From Rhizaria sp. SCN 62-66 (lineage: Eukaryota): DNA of 30,500 nt. The DNA lies in contig MEDY01000187.1 of the NCBI GenBank assembly GCA_001724265.1, forward strand, positions 62,001 to 92,500, in the 5' to 3' direction. The translations under genes were made by a program, and so were the position numbers. The notes below the pieces were generated by a model. The model was given only the letters and a program-made list of their open reading frames with translations, did not search any database and had not been told where the DNA came from. This document shows, piece by piece, positions 13,401-25,400 of this stretch; the stretch's first letter is position 1; the number at the start of each line of letters is the position of its first letter.

Positions 13401-16400
13401 CGCAGCACAGTCACCGTCGGCGACGCCCGAGAGCGCGACGCGCGCGGAGCGGGGCGAGTAGGGCAGCAGCGCAGCGGCGGCGGCGGGCGCGTTGTCGAGC
13501 AGCGTCAGCGCGACGTGGGCGAACCAGCGGTCCTGCTGCTGGTGTGCCTGGGGCAGCACGTCGAAGCGAAGAATGCGCGCAAAAAGGCCGCGCGCGATCA
13601 CATTGGCGTCGCCGAGAGACTCGTTCTCGGGCAGCATGCGCGCGCGGACGCCAGAGGCACCGGCGGCGGCAGCAGCGGCAGCGCGCTTGGCCTGGGCGAC
13701 GGCCTCCTCCTGCAGGGCGATAGCGGGCGTCGTGGACAGAGGGTCGACGAGCTTCGCGACGAGCAGACCGAGCTGCCAGTCGTTGTCGTTGCGGTAGAGC
13801 ACGCGCGCGGCCTGGTCGGGCGCGCCGGCGAGCAGGAAGAAGGCCGCGGCGACGTGGTACTTCTGCTTGGCGAGAGCGTTAAACGCGTTAGCCATCGCCT
13901 TCTCGCGGAACATGTCCTGCGTGAAGTCGTTGCAGAAAAACTGGTAAGCCTTGCCCATCGTGGGGTCGCGGCGCATCAGGCCGAGCAGAGTATCTTTCTT
14001 GCCCAACGCGAGGTACCACAACAGGCAGTCGTTCACAGACCGCGTGCGCGCCTGCTGGGCCGCGGCGATGCGCTCGACAACGGCGCGCGCCTCGGCGACG
14101 GGCGTGCGGGGGTGCAGCAGCAGGTAGCCCAGACCGAGCAGGCGGAACGTCGCCCAGTTCGCGATCGACGGCGGCAGCGACGCCATGACGGGCAGGATCT
14201 CCGACGCAGCGGTCGTCGACGGGGCGCCAAAGTTACTGGTGCCGACGCCACCGACGAGCCCGGATACGCCGCCGCCAGCGGAGGTCGCCATGGCGTGCGC
14301 GAGGCACGCGAAGGGCGTGGCCGCGGGCGGCAGCGTCTGGGGCGTCTTGTGCATCGGTCCAGTCACGGTACCGTCGGGGCGCACGACCTGCGAGCCGGCG
14401 GCGGCGCTGGCGAGAGTCTCCTGCGCCTCGGCGGACTGCACGAGCGAGCGGAGTGTGCCGAGGACCGTCGCGATCGTGGCGACGCGCGTCTGCGAGTGCA
14501 GGCCAGCGGCGATGACAGCCATCAGCGGCTGCAGCAGTGTCGTGAGCGGGCGCGACGATGCGGCCGAGATCTGCGCCGCAAGGGCTTGCACGGGTGACGT
14601 GGCCGAGATGGAGAGCGCGCCGCCGCCCGAGCTGCCACCTGAGCTGGACGTGACGCCGGACGCAGACGCCGTCCCAGCGACGAGCGGCAGCTGCGCGGTC
14701 ACCGCCGCAGTTCCGTGCGACGTCGTCGAGAGCACCAACGGGAGCGGAGGAACGTCATTGGTGATCTCGACGTTAGAGCTCGTGTCTGCGCCCGCGTTGT
14801 TGATCAAGGTGGGCGCGAGTACAGTGACCGGCGAGGCGAGCGTGCCGCCCATGAAAGGCACAGCAGCGAACGGGGTCAACCTGCGCACGCGGCGCGTGGT
14901 GCCGGTCGGGGACGCGAGTGCGGAGGGCGAGAGCATGGAGCCGAAGCCCGGGGTGCCGAACTCGCTAGTCGCGGTGGAGCTGGGCGTGGCGCCGGGAGCA
15001 ACGGAGATCTTGTTGCCGGGGAGGTTGCCGAGCACGGAGAGCACGCCGGAGCCCACCGACACGGGAACAGCGGCGGCAGCGGCAGCGCTGGCGTTGGCAC
15101 GCGAGCTGGAGTCCGAGGTCGCGCGCAGCGGCACTGCACTGAGCAGCGCAACGGAGCTCGCAGGTCCGCAGTCCATCAGCTCGGAGAGCGATACAATGCG
15201 GGCCTCGGCGGTCGCGTTCTGGATTGCGATCGAGTTGGCGGCGGCGATGGCGGCGGACGGGGACGCTGCAGAGAGCTCGTTCTCGCGCGCAGATGCATCA
15301 AGAGTGGCCGCAATCAGCGCCGCCTTGGAGTCGGCCTCTAGCGCGAGGCGCGCCTTCACGGTCTCGATCATCGCGAACGCCGAGGCGTGCGCGAGGGCGG
15401 AGAAACGAACACCGAGATCATCGAGCAGCGAGTCCTGCGTGAATACGACGTCGAGCGACGCCGCAGCGTACGCAAGAGCAATGACAGCGCGCACCTCATC
15501 GCCAGTCAGGAACGGCAGGTGCACAGTCGAGGTGAGCATACTGCCGCGGTTGACGGTGGGCATGTAAGGCACGGCCGTGGCAACGCCCTCGTGCGAGGGC
15601 GCCTTGGGGGCAGCGCCGGGGCCCGTGGCACCGGTGATGCTGTGGCCAGTAAGAATGTAGGCCAGCTCCTGCGCGTGCTGCAGCGTCCACGGCAGTGGCG
15701 CCAGGTGGCGCTGGGGAGGGCGCAGCTTAAACACAGTGCGCGCGCCACTGGCGGCGACGGCAACGCCGGAGTTGGTGCCGAACGGCGCCGCACTAGCACT
15801 GCTAGCAGAGCTGCCGAAAGCGCCACTGCCGCTCGCGCTCGCAGCAGGGCGGCGAGACGAAGACGAGTCCATGTTGATGCCGAACGGGTTGCTGTCGTCG
15901 TCGCTGTCGCTTTCAGCCAGCGCGCCGCCGGTGCTAGCGGCAGGGGCGGCAGCGGCAGGCTTAGCGGCGGGCTGAGGCTCCTCCTCGCCAGAGCTAGAGT
16001 CCGAGTCGAGCATACTGCGCACACGGGGCGCGGCAGCAACGGCGGGCTTGGGCTTTGCGGCAGGCGTTGCGACAGGAGCAGGAGCAGGGGCGGGAGCCTC
16101 GTCATCTTCGCTGCTCGAGTCGAGCATGCTGCGGACCTTGGGCTGCGAGGGCGCCGTGGACTTCGCAGCGGGGGCCGCAGTATTGTTCATGTTGATGCCA
16201 CTGTCGTCGTCGTCATCGTCAGACGAGGAGTCAAGCATACTCTTGACCTTCTTGGGCTTGGCCGCCGCCGCAGCAGCAGCGGGGCCAGAGGCCTTCTTGG
16301 CCTTCTCCGCAGCCGCGGCAGCCTCCGCAGCGGCGCGGTTCGCAGCAGCGGCCTGGTTCAGCAGACGGAGCTCCTTGGCCTCGCGCTCGACCGCGACCTG

Positions 16401-19400
16401 CCGGCGCACCATCTGCTTGAGGCTCTCCATGTCCACGCCCGCGGACGCGAGCTGCTCGGCGAGCACGGCGCCGCCGTCGCTGGATCCAGCGGCCGAGAGC
16501 GCGGCCCCGCTGGAGATAGCCGACGCGGCGGGCAGCGGCGGCGGCAACAGCGCCGCGAAGGCGGGCAGGCCCAGCTTCGACGCGCGGGTGAACTTCTTCA
16601 GCACGGGCGGCGGGATGCGCTGTAGCCGCGGCGCGGAGGCGGCCGCGTTGTTGCCCTCGCGCAGCGACGCGACGGAGAAGGTCGGCGCGCGCGCGGCGTC
16701 GGCGGCAGCAGCAGCGGCGGCAGCAGCGTCGGCTTCAGCGTCCTTGTGCGCGATGGAGGCGCCCGCGAGGCCGGTGGCGCAGAGCAGCTCCTTGAGCAGG
16801 TGCGCGAGCACATTGCGCACGCGCACGATGTGGCCCGCGCGCAGGTCCTCGATGAGCATCAGCGGGTGGTAGAAAGGCAGCGCCGGCAGCGCGTGCGTGG
16901 CCGTCGGCTGCGCGGCGGCGGCGGCGTTAAGCACGAGCGCGTACGAGCACGCGGCCGCGACGGAGCTCGTCGCCGAGAGTGCAACCGACGTGGGCAGCGC
17001 GCGGAGCAGCGGCAGCAGGTGCGGCAGCGGGGACACAGACGCGGATGCAGTCGCTGAAGACGACGACGACGGCGCGCCGTAGCGAGAGGGCGTAGCGCCA
17101 GAGGACGCGCCGGGGCGCGAGGCGAAGCCCGTGCGGCCGAGGTTGGCGAAGGCCATCATGCTGCTGCTCCCGCTGGGCGTGGCGCCGCCGCGGGACGATG
17201 CCGCGGCGGCGGGCTGCAGCGCCGTGAGCGCGGCCGCGAGCACGGGCTGCAGCGCGGCCAGCGCGAGCAGTGGCGCGGAGACGGACAGCGAGAAGCTCAC
17301 CGAGGGCGGGAGGCGCGCGTTTGGCGCTGGGAGGATGATCGCGCTGGTCGAGACAAGGCGGGCCGCGCGCAGCGGGTCGCGTGGGCGGCGCGTGTAAGCG
17401 AGGCTGGCCGCCGCGGTGGGCGTCGCAGAGGGCGGGTTGGTGTGCCACACGAGCACCTGCGCGGGGAAGGTGCTGACGAGGCCGCGGACCGCGAAACCGG
17501 GCGGCGCGAGCGGCACCGAGTGGTCGTGCTGCCAGCGCGGCGACAGCAGCGACTCAAGGTCGCGCGCGTCCATCGTGGTCAGGCCCAGGCGCAGCCAGCG
17601 CGAGAGCACGTCAGGCGACGTCGTCGCGGTGGGGGCGCCGCCGCGGGTACGGGAGCGCGCCGTCACGGACATCGTCGCCGTGGTCGCGACGAGCGAGTTG
17701 ACGACCAGGGACAGCGCGTTGCGCGCAGTGGCGACGACGGAGCGCGCTGGGACGAAGACGCCCTTGTTATGGGCCTGCTCACGCTGCTGCGCGCCCGCGG
17801 CGACGGCGGCGGCGACAGCGGCCTTGGCGGCCGTGGTGGTGTGCGCGGCAACGGCCTCGAGCCCCGGCGGGAAGAGTGCGAGCAGGTCCGGGTGCAGCGC
17901 GGGCGCGTGCTCGACGCGCACGCGCGGGGGCACGGTGGCGAGGTACATCGCCGCCTCCGAGACCACGAGGCCGCGGCCGAGGCGCAGACTGGCGACCGAG
18001 GCCATGTCGCCGCCCGCGCCCGTGGATCCCGCGCCGGAGCCGCCGGAGGACGAGGCGGCAGCGGCTGAGGCCGTGGAGCTGGCGCCGGAGTTGGCGGACA
18101 TCGGCGCGTAGGTGCCGGCGGGCGAGTGGATGTCGATGCAGCCGGGCAGCGCGGACGGGAGCGCGATGCGCAGAGTGCCGTCGGCGACGTCGATGAGGAC
18201 GGAAAAGGACTCGATCACTGTGAACGGCGGCAGCGAGGCGAGGGTGAGACGGGCCGCGCTGTGGCGCTCGCTGATGCCCTCGGTCACAGCATGAGCGCGG
18301 GCAAGAGAGCGAATCGAGACATCGTGTGCAGAGATGCCACCGATGTCTTCAAGCTTCGCGTTCTTGTTCCCAATGGCAGCAGTCGTGGAGCTGAGAGGGG
18401 ACACAAACGAGACGTCGTCCTCAGCAACACTCGTGTCGATGCGCAGACCGCTCGCGGAAGAGGCAGAGCTGCTACTGGTCGTCGGGGCGGAAGTGGGCTT
18501 GAGTTTGTGCGACTGCGAAAGGAACTTGACCGTCGCCGCGAGGCTGACTGTGGTGTCCTCGTCGCTCGGCTGTAGCGGGGCGGCGCCGCCGTGCAGCATC
18601 CACATCAGCGACGCGAGCACGGCCTCCGCGGCCACGGACGACAGCTGCACCGCGCCCATGGCGCCGTCCTCGCGCACCACGCACGTCGCCGCCGCCGAGG
18701 CCGCGTCGGCCGAAAGCGAGCCCGTGGCAAAGGACATGGGGTTGAACCCGGCCGCCGGCGTGGCCGCCGTGGCGAGGTCGTTGGCGGTGGCGCTCGACCG
18801 CAACAGCGGCAGCGCGGCCACGGGCGGGCGCGCGCGGAGGATCACCTCGCGGCGGTAGCCCAGTGTCGCGCCCGGCAGCGCCATCAGCCGCGCGGCGGCG
18901 CTCTTGCGCGCGCGGCGGCCGCCAGCAGCGTCCGAGGCTGCGGAGAGCGCGTCGGAGCCGACGAACGCAACGTCAGCCTCCCAAACGGACACGACGCCGT
19001 TGGCGGTGCGGGCAACGACAGTCAGCGGGTCCGAGGCCTGGAGGTCGACGACGGGCGCGAGCGCGGCGCTGGCGAGCGAGGGCGCGTGCGTATGGAAGCC
19101 GCTGAGCAGCGAGGCCGGCGCGCGCGGGTCGTGGATCGGGAGCTCGAGCAGCACGACGCGGCCCGTGAGCGAGCCGAAGAAGATGAGGATGCCGGAGTGG
19201 CTCGAGGGTGCGAAGGGCGACGCGGCCACGCCAGCGGCCTGCGAGAAGGGCAGAACCTTAACGAAGGTGGTCGTGTCAACGCGACTGTAAGCCTCGAGCA
19301 TGAGCGCGACGGCAGCGGCATTGGCGTCAATGTTTGTAACGTCGTCGCCATCGTCGTCCTCGTCGTAAGCCACAGAGCCCTTTCCACCGCTGGTGCTGTC

Positions 19401-22400
19401 GGCGGAATCGAGGATCACGTTCGACGGGAACAGTGTTGCGCCGGCGGCACCAGCGTTGCAGGCCGCCGAAACGTTGCTCGACCGGACCGCGATGCACGAG
19501 TCGCGCTCGGAGAGCGGCACGTGATCGACGCGCAGCAGCACCACGTCGGACCAGAAGTTCTCCGCAGCCCACTCGTCGAACGCGTCGACCCCGCGGCTGC
19601 GGCTGCTGCTGGCGCACACAACGCTCGCGGCCGCTGGCAGCGGCGTCGAGCTGTCGTCGTCGTCGCCGACGCTGTTCTCGGCGGACGCGGTCGCGAACGC
19701 AGCGCGGCAAGGCGCGTGCCACGGCGCCGCGGGCGCGTTGGCGGCGGGGACGAGCGCGTTAAGCATGCCCGTCTCCGCGTCAAGCGTGACTGCGGAGACG
19801 TACGTCGGCACGCTGCCGACAGACGCGGCGCGCGAGGCCTGGGCCGCGGGGACCTCGGTCGGCGGCGGCATCACGCGGGACGGCACGCAGTAAGTAAACA
19901 CGGTGTCCGCGATGGTGACGATCAGCCAGTCGTGCGAGCGCTCGACCGTGGTGAGCGTGTCCGCGGCCAGGGGCCGGTGGCCGTCGACGCCGTCAGACTC
20001 GCTGCGCTCGCCGTCGCCGTTGGAGCACTCGGACTCGGCGTCAGACCCGGTGCTCGCGGTGTCAAACGTGGGGGCTTGTGCGATCGAGTCAATCTCGGCC
20101 ACACTTGTGGCGTTTTGATGTTGCTTCTGCTGCTGCAGTTGCTGCGGTAGCTTGGTGACGTTGCGGGACGCGATCGCAGCCGCGGCCTGGGCCTCTCTGT
20201 CAGCGACGGCCGCGTCGACCGCGGTCTGCGCAGCGAGCGCGCCGGGCAGAGACGCCACGGGGTGCGCGCCAGGAATGATGACGACCGACGGCGGGGCCAG
20301 GAGGCCGCCCATGGACTCGCAAGCTGCGGTGCCCGTGGCATCGCCGCCGGCGGCGTCCGCGGCGCGGGCGGCGCGGGTGAGCGCGAGCGCAACGGCGGGG
20401 GGCAGCATGCCCGCGACCTCGGGCAGGATGATGCGGCCGGACCGGTACCAGCGGTTGCCGCCCGCGCCGGAGGACGTGAAGGCGAAGGTGTCGACGAGCC
20501 AGAGCGCGGCGTCCGAGTCGGTGCGCGCGTCGCTGCAGTCGCAACAGCCACGGCGCGCGTTGGCCTGCGGCAGCGCGAGCATCGGGGGGCCCATCACCAC
20601 CGCGTCCGCGCGCTGGCGCCACGAAGGGGACGCACTGGCCGGGCCCACGGTCGCGGCGGAGGCGCGGTAGAGCGAGGCCAGCAGCGCGGTGTCGCGGGCC
20701 GCGGTGGACACGCCGGGCAGCAGGTCCTCCTTGGTGCTAAACAGACTGCAGTCGGCGAGTGCTGCGGCGGTGCTCGAGTTGGCAGCAGCAGTCGACTTAG
20801 TGGTACTTTGAGGCTTCACCTTGGCGCTGCAGTTGCGACGGCGGCAGAACTTTCTGGCGTTCTTGCGGCGGTTCCGGGTCGGGGGCGCGATGAAACCGAC
20901 GGCAAACAGCGTGAGATCGCTGCCCTCGCACGCCGGCGCCCACGCCACGCTCGTGTACCGTGGCTCCAGACCGGCCGCCGCGGCGCTGTGCGAGTTCTGG
21001 CGCTGCGGCAGGATCACCTGCGAGTGCAGCTGCATCGTCGGCGCGTCGGCGAGGCCGGCGCAGGCAGGGGCAGCGCCCGCGGCGGCGGCAGCGGCCGCGG
21101 TGGCGAGCAGCACGCCCGCGGCGCCACCGACGCTCTCGGCCGCAGTCGAGGCGTAGGCGTTGATGACCGGCGCGAGCGGGGCGAAGATACCCAGATCGCT
21201 CGCCATCGCGGAATTGGTCGCAGAGGCAGAGGCGACGTCGCCCTCCCAGGTCGCGGAGCCGGCGTTGGAGGCGGAGCCGGAGTCGAAAGAGCCCGTGATG
21301 TGCGAGTAAACGGAGATCTCACCGCGGGCGTCGATGATCGCGGACAGGGGCAGCGACGGGTGCGGCACCGGGGCCTGCGAGTGCGTGTTGTGCAGTGCGG
21401 TAGACAGAGTCGCGACGGAGGTCTCGTACGCGGCCTCGGATGGGAGCTCCGGCAGCGCGCTGCTCGTCTCGGAGACACACTCATCGTCGTCGTCAGTGTC
21501 CGTGTCAGAGTCCGCGTCAGAGTTCGACGTCACAGACGCAGAGCCGTTAGAATCGGGGTCCGTCGTCGCCGCAGCAGCGTCGTCATCATCACCGCACTCG
21601 TCGTTGTCACTGTCGTGGTTGTCAATCAGCAGCGTGATCGCGCTCGCAGTCTCGCTGTGCGCGGAAGTCAGGCCGCCGACCGAGAGCACCGACTCCATGT
21701 CCTGCGGCGCGGCGCCGCCGACGCACGCGGCCCACTGGCCCTCGACGCTCCACTCGCCGTTCTCGTGGTTCTGCCGGCACAGGTATTCGTGCAGCAGCCC
21801 GGACTGCGCGCACGCGAGGTACACGCGCAGCATGTAGGGCACGGCCGTGCGCTGGCGCAGCTCGGGACTCATCAGCGCCAGAGGCAGGTTCGACAGCGCG
21901 GCCGTGCACGCGGGCGGCGAGATCGTCTGCACGACCGGGGTCGCGCCGGAGCCTGGGCCGGCAGCGCCAGGCGCGGGCGAGGCGTTGCCGCTGCGGGGCA
22001 CGGGCGGCGGCGCCTGCAGCGACGCGGGCAGCGCCGAGTCGAACGTGAACCGCGCAGCCGCGCTGGCGCCCGCGCGCGTGGGGCCGGGCGCCGGCGCGGG
22101 CATCGAGGGGATGATGAGCGAGCCGTCGGGGTTCAACAGCCCCATCGTGGCGGCGTAGCTCGGCGCCACGGTTGCGACGTCCGCCGAGCCGACCAGCGGC
22201 GCAGACGCGGAGGCCGGGTCAGACGCCGCGGCGGCGCGGGCAGCGTACCACTGAGGCGTGGGGCGGCCGACGGCGGGCAGGAAGCTGTCCGTGATCGTGC
22301 CGGTGGGGGCGACGGATACGGCGTTGGCGGTGCCGGCGGCGGGCAGCGGTGTGGCGAAGGCGCGGACCGTGGCGGGCAGCGAGGCGGGGAACGAGCGGCC

Positions 22401-25400
22401 GAAGGTGGCGAGCAGCACGGCCTGAGGCGCGTGCGAGCCGAGGTCGGAGACATAGTAGCACGCCAGCGCGCCGCGTGAGTCTGCGACGAGCAGGCGCGAC
22501 ACGGGGTGGCTCGGGTGCGCCGTCAGCAAGTGTGCGACCAGCAGCAGGTTGCTGCCGCGGGCCGCAGAAGGGCCCGTGCTGGCGGTGGCGGCCACTGGCA
22601 CGGAGCACCACTCGGAGAACGACTCGATCGCGCGCGTGGCCTTCGCGACGTCTGCGGCAGCACCAGTGCTCTGGGTGGCGTTCGCGGCGGGCTGGTGCGG
22701 CACGGTAACGAGCGGAGCAGTGCCGATGCGCGCAGTGCGGCGCAGCACGCGGACGACCTCGGCCAGCGAGCGCGGCGAGTCGTCGTAGTAGGCAAACACG
22801 GCGCAGGCGTCGGCGCCGGCCGCGGCGCCGTTGGCGAACTCGACCGGGCCCGTCGCGGCCACGGTGGTGACGGTGACGGGGGACAGCGGAAGCGGCGTCG
22901 AAGCGGCCGCGGCAGCCGCGGTGGCAACGGAGGCCAAGCCGGTGAAGGGCCGCGCCGACTCGAAGGGCGCCGCCGCGAGCGAGCGCGCGGTGAGCTGCGA
23001 CCGCATGGCGACTGCGAAGCCGGAGCCCGCGGCCAGCGGCGACGCGGCGAGCGCAGTGAGCAGGCGCAGCCGGACAGCGACGGCGTCGGGGCCAAGCGGG
23101 TGGAACGAGGCGCGACTGCCCGACGTGGCCGCGACGGTGGGCTGCAGGAACGACGCCGCGGCGGGCAACGCCAGCGCGGCGGTGAACACGTACGAGGCGG
23201 ACCGCGCAAAGCACGACAACGTCGCAGAGGGTGCACCGGCAGCGGTGGCGACAGCAAGAGTCAGGAGCTCAGGGGACAGCGCTGCGGTGAGGTAGGTCCA
23301 GACCTTGCCGGCCTTGGAAACCAGGTCGTTTGCGCGCGGCGCGGTGGAGACGAGGCCGCTGCTGGAGAAGCCGTAGGTGTCGGTGGAGCGCGGCGACGCG
23401 TAGCCGAAGCTGTCCTGTGCGGCGACGGCCTCCATCTCCGCCGCTGCGGCCGCCGCAGAGCGCTCGGCAACGGCGCCCTGCGCCGACGTGAGTAAACTGA
23501 GCAGCGTGACGAGCGCGGGCAGCGTAGCGTCGAGCAGCGAGGGAACGCCCGTGCCGTTGCTGACGTACGGCAGCGTCGCCGCCACGAGCGTCTCGACCGG
23601 GACGGCGCCGCGCGCAGCCGTGCCGCCGCCGCGGCGGTGCGCGGAGCTCTCGAGCACGGCGCCTGACGCGGCGAGCATGCGGCCGTAGGACGCGATGTGC
23701 GAGCCGGTGATGCCGTGTGCGCAGAGCAGGTTCGCGTCGCGCCGGTCCAGCGACGGCACGCCCAGCGCGACGCTGGCGCGCAGCCGCTCGCGCAGCGTCG
23801 CCGTCGCCGTCGTCGCGGAGCCGCTCGAGGCGCTCGAGCCTGAGAGCGCGTCGGCGGAAACGGCGGCGGGGGCACGCGCCGAGGCCGCGGCCGCCGCGCC
23901 GGCGGGGTTGCCGTCCGCGCCGACGTTGTTGTCGATAGTGTTGTGCTGCACCGAAGTGCGCCACGTCGACAGAACGGCGGCGCCTGAGCGCACAGCCTGG
24001 CGCCACTTGGTGAGCGGGATCGGCGTCATCGCCGAAACGAAGGCGCCCGAGGAGCAGAAGAGCGTGCCCGTCTTGTACACGTCCGCGATCAGCAGCGAGT
24101 CCCCCAGGTGGTACCCGAACGGCGGCGCGCGCGCGGACCCGGCGCCCAGCGGCGCGTGCATCTGGGGCGCGTCCTGGACGCCGAGTCGCGTCACGCCCCA
24201 GCGCTTCGCAGCGCCCACGGCGTCCTCGACGGCCTGCTGCTGCGGCGTCAGCTGCGCGCGGCCGGCGCGGAGACCAGGGGCCGAGGCCGCGGCGGACGCG
24301 GCGGCGGCGACGGCGGCGGCAGAGCCCGGGAGCGCGCCCGACGAGTTGGGGTCGGCGTTGCGCGCCCGGCGCAGGACGTTGTTGGCCTGCGCCGTGGCCG
24401 TCACGGCGTCCGCGTGCGGCGACATGCGCGGCAGCAGCGGGAAGAGCCCCATGGCGAGGTTGAAGGTGTCGCGGTCGCACGGCACCACGTCCTCGACCCA
24501 GCCCGCGCTGGTGAACCGCGGCGAAGCGAAAATCGCCGCCGCAGCACCGCGGGTGAAGTCAGTCGTGCCGATGGCGGCCGATGCGGCAGCGGAGAGCGCG
24601 GCAGCCGCGGCCGTGGTGGCGGCGGGCGCGTCGGGCAGCAGCGAGCGCCATGGCTGGCCCGTGGCCCAAGCCGCCAGGAACCCGGTGCCGGCGCTTGCCT
24701 CGGCCGCAGACTCGGCGGGCGTGCGGCGCGGGAGCCGCGTGTTAATCGGCGCGGCGGTCGGATAGGGATACTCGACCGCCGTGGCGGCGGCGTGTCCGGC
24801 AGCCGCGGCGGCCCAGAGAGGCGTGGCACTCGTCTCGCTGCCCGCGGCGACGGCCGAGATGCCGTTACGCGAAGAGGGGAAGAACTCGACCGCCGCGGAC
24901 ACCGCGACGCGCGCGGGGATCAGAACGGACTCAAGCGCGTTCTCCGCGGCGGCAGCGACGTCGCCGCCGGCCGCAGCGACTGCGCTGAGACGAGTGAAGG
25001 CCGCAAGCAGAGCTGCGCGCTGGCCCGTGGTGACCAACGCGGCCACGGCGGCGGCGCTGCCGGCGGTGAGGTCGTCGGGAGCAGTCGCCAGCTCGGCCGA
25101 GGGCGAGATGGACATCGGCGGCGCCGGCGCGCCGGGGGCCGAGGGCGTGGCGGCGTCCGCGTGCATCGAGGCAGGCATCGCGGGCCCGCCGGCGACGGCA
25201 GTGGGGCCGCCGGTGGTGGCGGAGGCCGCGGCCGTGACGGCGGTGGCATCGCGAGGCGCGAACTGGCGCAGCGTGCAGGACCAGGGCGAGGCCGGGACGA
25301 GGCGTGACAGCAGCGCGGTGTGATTCTCAAGCATGCGCGCGGTGATCACCATCGGCACGCGGGGCTGCGGGCACGTACTTGCGCAGCCACTGGCACTCGC

